A stretch of 64,000 bases of DNA from contig NC_069003.1 in NCBI RefSeq assembly GCF_001194135.2, positions 21,265,587 to 21,329,586 on the forward strand, read 5' to 3'. The position numbers and the translations under genes are program-made. The DNA comes from Octopus bimaculoides. Lineage: Eukaryota. The notes beneath the pieces are model-generated. The model saw only the letters and a program-made list of their open reading frames with translations. It did not search any database and was not told the origin of the DNA. Shown here in pieces: positions 11,357-24,100 of the stretch; position 1 is the stretch's first letter, and every line of letters begins with the position of its first letter.

Positions 11357-14066
11357 NNNNNNNNNNNNNNNNNNNNNNNNNNNNNNNNNNNNNNNNNNNN
11401 NNNNNNNNNNNNNNNNNNNNNNNNNNNNNNNNNNNNNNNNNNNNNNNNNNNNNNNNNNNNNNNNNNNNNNNNNNNNNNNNNNNNNNNNNNNNNNNNNNNN
11501 NNNNNNNNNNNNNNNNNNNNNNNNNNNNNNNNNNNNNNNNNNNNNNNNNNNNNNNNNNNNNNNNNNNNNNNNNNNNNNNNNNNNNNNNNNNNNNNNNNNN
11601 NNNNNNNNNNNNNNNNNNNNNNNNNNNNNNNNNNNNNNNNNNNNNNNNNNNNNNNNNNNNNNNNNNNNNNNNNNNNNNNNNNNNNNNNNNNNNNNNNNNN
11701 NNNNNNNNNNNNNNNNNNNNNNNNNNNNNNNNTATGCATATATACATATATATATATGCATATATACATACGTATATGTACACACATCTATACGTATATA
11801 TATATATATATGCATATGTGGGCTCAGGACGTCATGAAACGGGTACAACAAAAAAATACGAAGTACAAGTACATGGAATATGAACTATTTTTTCGGACAA
11901 CGAAAGACACAAATGGAAAACAAGACAAACAGCCATACCTGCACCTATATATAAAACCACACATACATTGGCATTGTAATAGATGAAAGAGATAGAGTTG
12001 TAATAATGGGAATAGGGTGGATTGCATATGGATAGATCTAATGCAGGGTGGGGGGCATGGTACAGCAAATAGGAGAGAGGTGGGGGTGAGAATCAGAGAG
12101 CTGAGAAGATAGGAAGGGTATAGTGACATACCAAGATAGATGAGCAATGTAATACAGTGAATGGGAGAGAGTACAAGGGAGGTGTCAATCGACAGGGGAT
12201 GTAGCAGATGTAGAATTAAGAAAAACATTGAGAAGTCCAAATCTCTATAATAATAGTTGATATTTATGTTGGTTGGTTGATTTCTCCAGACATGCTTTAC
12301 ATTGTATAGAGAGAGTTGCAGAATGAGTGCACATACTAGACTTGGTGGCAGGAGGAGGAAGTAAATGACAGTAGTAATGGGAGGAGTTATACAAATGAGA
12401 AATTGAAATTTGTTTTTATTTAAAAATATTTTTTACTTTTGAAAATTAGTATTCATTTCACCATTTTGTATATGCATCAAGAAATCTGATTGAATTCTAA
12501 TCATAGTATGCTTTAACATATTTCCTGATATTGCCCATGGTGATAAGAAATATACTTCCCAAGTTACCCATTGTCAAATGATGAAACACTAGTATAAACA
12601 TATCATAGCTCTCAAACTTCCTCACTACAACCAATTCAACATTAATTTCGCCATTCTTGTACAAGGAAAAGAGGTCAGTTTTTCTCCACCAATATCACTA
12701 AAAATTGCAGTTCTGTGTCAACTTCTTCCCTGAGGCTCAACATCCTCATTTCTTCCTGGCTCTTTCTCATCCATAGGCTCCATCCACTTTAAGTACTCTG
12801 CACGTCACATACCTTTACCAATGTATCCCTCTCTATTCCACTTACTAGGACACCTCTTATATCCAAATTTTCTCTTAGTTCATTTCTACTTTGTTGTTCA
12901 TACTAACATTACATGCTTGCTTCAGTTCTTTCTAAATCTGCTGCATCCAAGGCCTGCATATTTCTACCATGCAGCATTATCTTTCATACAAAAGTCTCAT
13001 GCAATTTATCCTACCCTGTGAGGATGAAACCCTTTTGTTAGCCACAGATATAAACACCCTCCCACCACTGAATGTTTTCCGTTCCATCCTTACTCTGGTT
13101 TCTACACTCTCAGAATACTCACTCCCAATACTAATCAGATCAGAGGTAATGAAAGCTATCAACTACTTCTGTTCCTATAGCTAGACATGTATGAAGATGC
13201 TCCTTTACAACTATTACATGATGAGAACTTTGTTCATTTTATGTCTACCAAATAAATCTATCCAAGGCTATAGTAGAAGTGAAACTGAACCCCAAAACAC
13301 AAGATTAGGGAGCAAGTTTTTAACATTTTTTGTTTCTATGCTAGTATGGGTTAGACAAGTATGATTGAAATATAACTGTATTCAAATTCCTGAGGCTGGA
13401 GTAGAAAACACTTCCTCTAGGTCCCATGCAGTGTAACTGAACCTGTAACCGTGTGGTTGTAAAGCAAACTTAACCACAAAGCTAAAAATTACCAAATGAA
13501 AAAAAAAAAATTAATAAATAAAATAGGCAAAGGTTTGACTATGTGGTGAGAAGCTTACTTACCAGCCAAATAGTTCCAGGTTCAGTCCCACTGTGCCTCA
13601 GGTTGACTGAAACCTTGTGAGTGATTTTGGTAGATGGAAGTTCCCATCATGTGTGTGTGTGAAAGTGCTCATGCCTCTTAACAGATAGGAAGGAACGTAT
13701 ATATATATANNNNNNNNNNNNNNNNNNNNNNNNNNNNNNNNNNNNNNNNNNNNNNNNNNNNNNNNNNNNNNNNNNNNNNNNNNNNNNNNNNNNNNNNNNN
13801 NNNNNNNNNNNNNNNNNNNNNNNNNNNNNNNNNNNNNNNNNNNNNNNNNNNNNNNNNNNNNNNNNNNNNNNNNNNNNNNNNNNNNNNNNNNNNNNNNNNN
13901 NNNNNNNNNNNNNNNNNNNNNNNNNNNNNNNNNNNNNNNNNNNNNNNNNNNNNNNNNNNNNNNNNGTAAAAATGTGTTTATTATGGTAGTTTGACCTTAG
14001 AGTCCCTCTTAGCGTGAGGCATTCATGTATAGTAATGCCCTTATATATATATATATATATATATAT

Positions 14067-14325
14067 AGTGGTACGTAAGCCAAATCAGGAAATCTCTCGT
14101 AGAACTTTTTATCGATGTACCTGTAGAGACCCAGAACAGGTCGAAACGTGTCGTACCCAATAAAATCTTTTCTCCTTCCATCTATTTTATTAATACTGTT
14201 ACCCCAACCGCCACTACAAAGTTCCTGTTATAAATCTACGGATAACAGCAGGTAATCAGAAGTGTGCTGGTGCTTTACTCATCATCTATTTGTACATTTT
14301 GTATAATTTCTCCATTATATATAGA
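14067..14325 (+). mobile_element. Penelope-like element pLTR remnant
   Basis: Hammerhead plus AATAAA, inserted against a (TA)n tract at 14042-14066. Confidence 0.55.
14117..14156 (+). ncRNA. Minimal type-I hammerhead ribozyme motif (Penelope-type), A6U core
   Basis: GTAC-CTGTAGA-GACC(CAGAACA)GGTC-GAAAC-GT-GTC-GTAC, then AATAAA at 14159-14164. Confidence 0.8.
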
Positions 14326-16423
14326 TATCTGTCTGTGTGTTTTTTCTCCCATCACCACTTGACAACCAGTGTTGGTGTGTTTACATCCCTGTAACTTAGC
14401 AGTTCAGTAAAAGAAACCGATAGAATAAGTACCAGGCTTAACAAAATTAAGTACTGAGGTTGATTCATTCAACTAAAAATTCAATGTGGTGCCCCAGCAT
14501 GGCTGCAGTCTAATGACTGAAAAANNNNNNNNNNNNNNNNNNNNNNNNNNNNNNNNNNNNNNNNNNNNNNNNNNNNNNNNNNNNNNNNNNNNNNNNNNNN
14601 NNNNNNNNNNNNNNNNNNNNNNNNNNNNNNNNNNNNNNNNNNNNNNNNNNNNNNNNNNNNNNNNNNNNNNNNNNNNNNNNNNNNNNNNNNNNNNNNNNNN
14701 NNNNNNNNNNNNNNNNNNNNNNNNNNNNNNNNNNNNNNNNNNNNNNNNNNNNNNNNNNNNNNNNNNNNNNNNNNNNNNNNNNNNNNNNNNNNNNNNNNNN
14801 NNNNNNNNNNNNNNNNNNNNNNNNNNNNNNNNNNNNNNNNNNNNNNNNNNNNNNNNNNNNNNNNNNNNNNNNNNNNNNNNNNNNNNNNNNNNNNNNNNNN
14901 NNNNNNNNNNNNNNNNNNNNNNNNNNNNNNNNNNNNNNNNNNNNNNNNNNNNNNNNNNNNNNNNNNNNNNNNNNNNNNNNNNNNNNNNNNNNNNNNNNNN
15001 NNNNNNNNNNNNNNNNNNNNNNNNNNNNNNNNNNNNNNNNNNNNNNNNNNNNNNNNNNNNNNNNNNNNNNNNNNNNNNNNNNNNNNNNNNNNNNNNNNNN
15101 NNNNNNNNNNNNNNNNNNNNNNNNNNNNNNNNNNNNNNNNNNNNNNNNNNNNNNNNNNNNNNNNNNNNNNNNNNNNNNNNNACAACAATAGAAGATAAAA
15201 AATAAATTTTTAAATGTTAAGACACACTTTGCCTACTTAGTAAATAAAACCCTTAATATCTCAGTCACCTCCAGAAAGATAGTGTACCGGCACCACTCCA
15301 AGACTTTTCGTTACATCACTCCTCTCTCTCTCTGCTTTTGACATGCCATTCACCTCCCCCATCCCATTTTCCACTTTTTCTCTCTCTTTCTCCAATTCAC
15401 TCCCCCACCTCCATCACTGCTCTGTTGCTTTTTCTTTCTTTCTTTCACTTCTCCTATTCCTGGCTCTATAACTTTGCTCCACTCTGTCTCAACCAACCAG
15501 CACTCCACACATCACTCAACCTTGAGGGGAGAAGACAGAGAAGGTAAATAAATTAACCTCCTCATCCAAAAATAATACAAAAAAAAAAAGAAAGAAAGAA
15601 AAACAGGAATTTGTTACTGTTGAAGAAGGAACGAGAGGTGAAGAGTCGGGAATAAGATTAGCTAATTTCTATATCCCTAAATCCCATATTTATTTTCTTG
15701 ATCTACCCCACCTCCCCTGCCACTGTTTTTAATGAGATGGTGGTTGTGGTGGTAAGGGAATCTATTGATTCAATTCCTGTCTCAAATACTTTACAGGAAT
15801 ATCAAATCCACCCCGCTTCATTCTTTATAGAAGGGAAACAAGCAAAGTTGACCTTGGCAGGATTTGAACCCATAACTGAATACCACACCAGCATTAGTTG
15901 TGGCACACTAACCAGTTCTGCCATCCACCATCTATGATGCTCATTTTAAACTCACACTGCACTCAAACTCTCTCACCCCCACTTCTCTAACATCTATCTA
16001 TCCTTTTACTTTCATTTGAACCATCACTCTTTCTCCTTTACCTTCCTCCCACCATTTCTCTTGTTTTGTTCTGAACACTCATTGGTCAACGTCAATGCCA
16101 GTCATTTGATACAATCAAGAGGCAACCAATCACCCCCTCCACCACCACTAAGTTCTCAATAAACATCACCTATTGGTCAGTGACAGCCAGTCTCTCCTCT
16201 TCATTAGTCTTTTTCAATCCCCATCACCTTTATCTCTCTGGTTTTAACCCTATCTACCACACCACCATACATATTCAGTAACCCTACCTGTCTGTGATGG
16301 AAGAGGGAACAGACAGTCTACTTTATTTATTACCCAACCACTCTATATTTATCTATTCATCTATCACCCTCCATTTTTATATAGCATTAAGAGACTTTTC
16401 AGACTTTCTCTAAGCAGATTATA

Positions 16424-16590
16424 TATACCCTTTAACACTTATAAGGAACCCCCTAATTTTTGGGGCTTCAAATTTGGAAAAAAGGTTTTGTAAGGGATTA
16501 TATTACTATCCATGTATAGTAAACTCCCATATTTTTTAACCTAATTTTTGACAAAAAAGGGTTCGTTATACATGTTAAAATATGGTATAT
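16424..16590. mobile_element. Tc1/pogo-like MITE
   Basis: Degenerate TIRs tataccctttaacacttataaggaaccc / gggttcgttatacatgttaaaatatggtata with TA flanks. Confidence 0.5.
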
Positions 16591-17096
16591 ATATTTCATT
16601 TAGGCATTGCAAGACCAATGGCCTGGTGTAGAACTCGGTGTATGTATGCTTCAGAATGGTAACAAGAAAATGAGATGACCAAGGAATAAAGAATTATCTT
16701 ATGAAGTTCATAAGATATTCCTTTGTCATATATATATATATATTCAATAATCAGTGCAGGTGGATTTGGTAGGCAGAAACTGAAAGAAGCCTGTCGTATA
16801 TACTTATATATATGTATGTGTGTCTTTGTTTGTCCACCCCCACCATTGACAACTGGTGTTGGTGTGTTTAAGTCCCCATAACTTAGCAGTTTGGCAAAAA
16901 GAGCTGATAGAATAAGTAACAGGCTTACAATAAATAAATAAAAATACTGGGGTTGACTTATTTGACTGAAAATTCTTCAAGGTGGTGCCCCCAGCATGAC
17001 TGCAATCTAAAGACTGAAACAAATAAAAAAAAAATAAGTTACAGAGTGCTAATACACGAAACTCTCAGCCTTTGAGTCATTCTGTAACTTCTGCTG

Positions 17097-17140
<44 letters not shown>

Positions 17141-17303
17141 ATAATAATAATATTAGGGATAAAATCCAAAATTACAGGTAAAAACTCAATTAAAATCAAT
17201 TTATTAAAATTAAATTAAGCTTCACAGTATAAAATATATTAATATATAGTATTAGTGGATTTTCATCGATGAGTTCATAAACCTTGGTTCTTTTCCCTAA
17301 TAC

Positions 17304-17351
<48 letters not shown>

Positions 17352-18083
17352 AATATGCTTTCTATTGGTCAATCAAATCTATTAAGACATATTAATCATA
17401 TTCTCTCCACTTGTCTTATCTTTGTCTATGACCACCACCACAAATAGGATAATTAGCCTAACTCTATCCTTCCTTAATTTTGTGGAATCTGTCACCGACC
17501 CCATGCCTAACTCAAACTATCTTCACAGCTCCTCTGACCCTCCCCCACCTTAATGGCCTTCCACTGTTATCCTCCACTTCCCACCTTCCTTCCTTTCTAC
17601 TCACCTTCCTCCATTCTTTAAACCCTTAGACACCTTCCTATCTCAAAAGACTCTTCTTCTTCTTCTTGTACTTTCCTCATCATCACCAATATACACTTTT
17701 TTTTTTTTACTTCACTACTTCTCTCTGTAATCACTCTTCCTACACCTCACTGACTCTCAAAGCCCAGCAGCATATCTTTGCACCTTACTCAGGGCAATCC
17801 ATTCTACCTGGACTCATCATCTTCACCCACTCTTCTCATGTACTTACCACAACCACCACCACTACTGCACTAAAAAACAGGGATGGTGGTGAGGAAGAAA
17901 ACAAAAGCCAAGACATACTGGAAGGACAACACATCATTCCTACACTTGTTTTTTTTTCGTTGGTCACATTCTCCCTGCCTTCACCCCACCCCCAGAATAA
18001 CAGTTGCAGAGAGAGAGGGGGAGAGAGAGAAAGAAAGAGAGACAGTTGTTTCATTTCTCATCATTTACTGTACATCTAATTGG

Positions 18084-18159
<76 letters not shown>

Positions 18160-18936
18160 AAGTCCAAACAGCAGTCCAGGTTTTCTTCAGATTTTTTTCA
18201 TCTTTTGTTTATTTATTTTCTTTTTGTTGAGATGGTAGTAGTAGTATTAGCAGTAGTTGTAGTAGTAGTAGTATTCTATGTCACCATAATGCTTATGAGA
18301 AAAAGAAAAAAGAAGTATGAGCAAAAATGTGGACACAGTTACAGCCAATGGTCTGTGACAAGCTCCACTAGGTTGTGATAGGGGAGCCAGCCAGTTTGTT
18401 ACATATTGTTAGCTGTCACAAACTGGTGCGATCAATGTAGGATGTGTAGAAGTTGTGTGTGACTGTATATGTGACATCTCACAAAGTGTAACAGTGAGGG
18501 CTTATGCAAAATATCCGGTCAGATTCTGTATAAGTGTGAGACCAGACAGCTGTGTGTCAAAACAGCTTGTAACAATATGTAACACAGCTCACAAGAAATG
18601 TGACAGTCCGTGTTGTATGTGACAAAGCATGACAGCACACAGCGCAACAACCTGCAGAATGATGTGACTTCTGTGTTGTGACGACATATTACATACTGTA
18701 AAACTGTTACATAATGTGTGACAGGGCTCAAAGTGTAACTTGGACCGAAACAGTTAGAGGCCCATGCGAAGTATGAAGTAATAAAAGAATTTTTAAAAAA
18801 TTCAGAGAGAAGAGGAGGCTGTCATTCAGTACTCAGTAGTAGTCAGAGATTTGTGTATGCATGTGTGATGTGTTTATAGAAATATGTGTGTGTGTGTGTG
18901 TGTATTGGTATAATTAACTCAGTCCAGCAAAGGTGG

Positions 18937-19030
18937 TTAGCATTTCTCTGCCCCTTGTTCACTCTCCATTCGACTGAAAACACGTAATCTGCGGGCACTG
19001 CTGGTGGCACATTTGACCACTTCAATCCAT
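18937..19030 (-). CDS. FARP1/2: FARP last coding exon ([30 protein letters not shown])
   Basis: ctctgttacag acceptor, phase 2, TAA at 18939-18937; matches RWMEVIRSATSSASR. Confidence 0.95.
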
Positions 19031-21148
19031 CTGTAACAGAGATAAAGAGATGCATTAGTTTGTATTGCATGCATGTGAACACACACACACACATAGACAA
19101 TTTTTACTATGTTTGACACAGGTTAGGTGGGACATTGTAGTAGTAGTAGTAGTAGTAGTAGTAATAAGGACTATTATTTTATTAATTCATTATTTTCAAA
19201 ATTAATTAAAATGAAGACACTGTACTTTTAAAGAAATCTGGTAATGAAAGTGTGTTCTTATTTTAGAGAGACACGAATTCCACTGAATCAATTTGTCAGA
19301 CCAAAATTCTCCAAACTGTGAACTGCCACACTTTTGTGCATCACCATTAATCTCTGAATGAAGTCAAACCAGTTTTTACGAATATTTAGCTACGAAGTAT
19401 AGCTGATAGCTCATGTATTCATCAAGACACGATTTGGTATTTAATTGAAAATGAAACTTAATGTATCAAATATTTCATTTTTTAAATGTGTGTTACCAAT
19501 AAGAAAAGTTTAGGGAACTTCAATTTATGTAATCTGTACAAAGACAAATTCTTCTTGTAGCCCTGCAATGACCAGCTAGATCACAGACTGGCATTGCTGC
19601 CTTCATTATTATCATTGTTGCCATCATTATTAATTAAATCGAATGCCAGGACTCACCTCTGAAATGTATATTCACTTTCTGCTCGGAAGAAATAGACATG
19701 GTTTTTGAACTGGAGTTTGAAGACGTGATCCTTGGTGATCTTGTCTTCTTCTGTTGGTATGTTGACAGCATAACCAAGCAATGGGAGGCTGGCCAGAGGG
19801 AATTCATCCTGAAAAGAGAAAATATAAATAAACTGCTACAAAACCCTGAATGAATGGAATTGGAAAAAAAAAATGAGGAAAACTTTATGTACGTCACATC
19901 ATATCGTGTTTTCTACACCAGGATCTCCATTGGCCATGTATGTACAGGTTTTGGGAAACATTTTTTTAAGGAACACTGGCAGTTATCCATGCATGAGGAT
20001 ATCTCCTCTCCATGTCACTGATGTTTATCCAAGGAAAAAACTGCCAACTTGAGATGATACAGTTTGACACCAGTATAATCACAGGTGTTGCTGTCCAAAC
20101 AAAGTAGCCTGAACAGATTCTACAAAGCATCTTACCCCCCGATTCACTGCCTCCCCACCACTCTCACCACAACAGCTTTACCAATCCACAACACTACATG
20201 GGTCCTTTTATCGACCCTGAAAGAATGAAAGGCAGAGTTGACCTCAGTGAGATTTTGTACTCACAGTACAGGGAGCTGGAATAAGTACTGCAAAGTATTC
20301 TATCAAACATTGTAACATCTCTACCACTTTGTTGCCCCCTTTATTTTCAGAGGTGGGGCAGTACCTTCTCCACAAGTGATGTATACATAAAGTCAATGCT
20401 AGTTAATCTACATAGATACCACCTTAGCTCACCTGTCCATGCTCTAAGGGGTGACAGCTGGAGAGAGAGAGAACGAGAGCAACACTAGCACTCAGTACTC
20501 ATTTTCAACTGAGTAGATCGAAGCAACGTGAACTGAAATACCTTGCTCAAGAATACAATGTATTGCTACGTCCTACAATTGAAACCAGGAGCCTATGATT
20601 GCGAGTCCAGCAGCTTAAACACTAGGCCACCATGTTTACCCAAACACAATTAACTACAATATAATAATATTGTACTTACTTGGTAGGTCTTGTAGAAAAA
20701 CAAGCAGAAATTTGTGAAGACCACCCATAGCTTTTGCCATCCATTGCTGGTTTTGAATTTTCTCAGGAGATAACCACTGAGCTGGTTCTGTAAAAATAAG
20801 ATAGAAAATAACAACAAATGTGCTTGCAAATTAGTTTATAGGTATACAATAGAAGTTGCTTATTGTGATTACTTTGAGATGGAACTATTCAGATAACAAT
20901 GACAAACTGATAGCATTAACACCTATGAAACCAACCTGTCTAAGATTGTCTCACACCACAGTACAAACTTTGTGTTTTAAGAGTGGCTGTGTGGTAAGTA
21001 GCTTGCTTACGAACCACATGGTTCCGGATTCAGTCCCACTGCGTGGCATCTTGGGCAAGTGTCTTCTACTATAGCCTCAGGCCGACCAAAGCCTTGTGAG
21101 TGGATTTGGTAGACGGAAACTGAAAGAAGCCCATCGTATGTATGTATG

Positions 21149-21194
<46 letters not shown>

Positions 21195-24100
21195 TCCCCC
21201 CCAACATCGCTTGACAACTGATGCTGGTGTGTTTACGTCCCCGTAACCTAGCGGTAGTGGTTCGGAAAAAGAGATCGATAGAATAAGTACTAGGCTTACA
21301 AAGAATAAGTCATGAGGTCGATTTGCTCGACTAAAGGCAGTGCTCCAGCATGGCTGCAGTCAACTGACTGAAACGAGTAAAGAGAGTGAAGTAAAATTTT
21401 CTAGCTATCAGTTGGTGCCAGTCACCATTGAGAAGTTAGATGTTCTAGGACCTCAAACCACTGATTTCCTCAACAAAATAGGGATAACGGTGGCCCATTG
21501 GAGAAATGAGCCCCGCGAAGTGGCTGCTGCAGCAATGCGATCGCAATCATTACCACAAGGTACGGCTTAGCACACCAATAGTTCTGGGGTATGCCCCCCT
21601 CCCCTCCATCTTTTGCTGCTTTACTTTCCCTTTTTCCTCTTATTTCTTTTCCTTTCTTATCTCTCTCTGTTTTTCCTGTTTCTTTGTATTTAAATGTTAT
21701 AAATAAACAGTTAATCAGGGAAAAAGATATATTTGTATATACAATAAAAAATAAAGTATAATTTCATGTTAATTTATGAATAATGATGGCCAAATTACTT
21801 CACTAAATTCTTCATTATTCTCAAAATTGATTGAAACAAAGACTGTATTTTAACAGAAATGTTGTGCGACTGTCAGTTTGTGTGTTCTGTGACTCACCTG
21901 AAAAGCCCCTATTTCTATGATACAAACTTCCTGTTTTAAAGTAATCTTAACTAAAATCTTCCATGGTTTCATGTTAATTATGTTCCAAACACTAGATTAA
22001 TAATGACAATGTTACTTTATTAACTTCTTCGTTATTTTCAAAATTAATTAATATAAAGGTTGTGCATTTTAATGTATTTAGCAAACTAATTACACAACCA
22101 TGTTTCTTGGTTCAATTTTGCTGCATAATTCTTTGGGCAAGAATTTTCTGCCCCAGTTTTTGGTTGACCATTGTCTTGTAAGTGAAATTTGTGTGTATGT
22201 ATGTATGTAAATACATACACAACAGCCTTCTTTCAATTTTCATCTACCAGATCCACTCACAAAGCATTAATCTTCCTGAGGCTAGAGTAGAAAACACTTA
22301 CCCAAAATGCCATGTGGAGGCACAATGGCCTAGTGGTTAGAGCAGTGAACTCGCAGTCAACAGATTGCAGGTTCGAATCTGAAACTAGATGATGTGTGTG
22401 TTTATGAGTGAAACACCTAAGCTCCACGTGGCTCTGGCAGAAGGTTTTGGCAAACTTCTGCTGACTCTTTGGCCACAACTTTCTCTTACTCTTTCCTTCT
22501 GCATTTAGTAGATCACCTGCGATGGACCGGTGTCCTGTCCGGGTGGGGCACCTATATGCCAATGAAACTGGAAAACTGGCCCAGACATAGCTCAAGAAGG
22601 AACAAACAATAAGATGCCATGCATTGGGAGTGAACCTGAAACCATGTGAAACAAACTTCTTAACCACACAGCAACACACCTGTGTGTGCATGTATATTTA
22701 CATACATACACACAAATTTCACTTACAAGACAGTGGTCAACCACTTCTGATCACTTTAGCAATGTAACTATATGTTGTTGGTGATTTTTTTTTTTTCCTA
22801 CCCAATGAAGAGCTATGCACGAAACGTCAAAAACTCTTTTTACTGAGCATCAAACTAATACATTCCTTGTGCAAGTCTTCTTCTTGTTTGCTATTGTTAT
22901 TTTTAATGTTCATTTATTTGAGATCTTTTCTGTTAATTCTCCATTAATTTTTTCTTTTGTCTCCATTTTCTTTTCCTTTTCAGAGAAATTCTGAAACTAC
23001 TTGGTAGAGAGAGAAAGAAAGAGAGAGAAAATAGACTTACCTTAACAGCTTTGTCGTGGTCTCTCATACTCACACTGGTGTTACGGTGCCAACATACATG
23101 CATAGTAGTGTTGCCTCGATGTTGTATTTGCTTTTCTGGGCTAGGAGGAGACGTACCGAGTTTGTCGATATCCGAGGAGCCGGTTGTGGAAACATTCTCA
23201 TTGGAGCCTGAAATATAATCATGATGAAATGTTACCACGCACACAGTTAATGGATCAACTCTTGGTTCCAACAATGACACAGTTTGGTTGTAACAGTTTG
23301 GTAACGAAAGGTCTAACAAATAAGACTATCTACTCATGGTATCTTAATTTCACTGGTTGCAGTGAGTGACACCTTCAAGGAGGTTGAATTCATCATATCA
23401 ATCCCAGTACATATATTAGTCTGGCATCTATATTACCAATATCTATGTGTTGGACTGCTAAGTCTCAAGACAAAGTGACACAACATAAAGATATGTGTGC
23501 ATGTGTACACACACATGCATGTATATAATACATAATTATATGTATATAATACATATAATACATAATTTTAAAGTAGACACAGCTATCCAATCCAACCAGC
23601 ATGAAGCCCCCTTTCTTATTGGTTGTACCATGCAAACTCTCTTATAAAGTAATCTCAAAACTTCCCATTAAAATTTCATGTTAATTTATGTTTCAAACAC
23701 TATCATAAATTTTGGGTATTTGAGTATATTTAAGAATTTAAGGAATGGAGAAAATGNNNNNNNNNNNNNNNNNNNNNNNNNNNNNNNNNNNNNNNNNNNN
23801 NNNNNNNNNNNNNNNNNNNNNNNNNNNNNNNNNNNNNNNNNNNNNNNNNNNNNNNNAAAATTGGAGCGACATGCATGCTAATTTGTGGATGTGCATAAAC
23901 TACATTCATGTACACACACACATCTTGACTTTTATAGATATGATGTCTGCGCCAATATGTATGCTGCACATTGCATAGTATTATTGTACATTTACAAACC
24001 AATGCAGATATATAAGGTTAGCACTTCAGATCAACAAAACATGTTGGTTACATCAATAATGCTTCAACTCTCTCTCCACTCACTCTCACTCATACGCACA

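Noticed and set aside
13660-13700. Possible fourth U6 hammerhead on the minus strand (CTGTT-AAGAG..CAC)
   Set aside because: G8 is missing, stem II is mismatched and there is no GAAA.
20981-21060. tRNA genes
   Set aside because: The A/B boxes belong to SINE heads; no closed cloverleaf with an acceptor stem.
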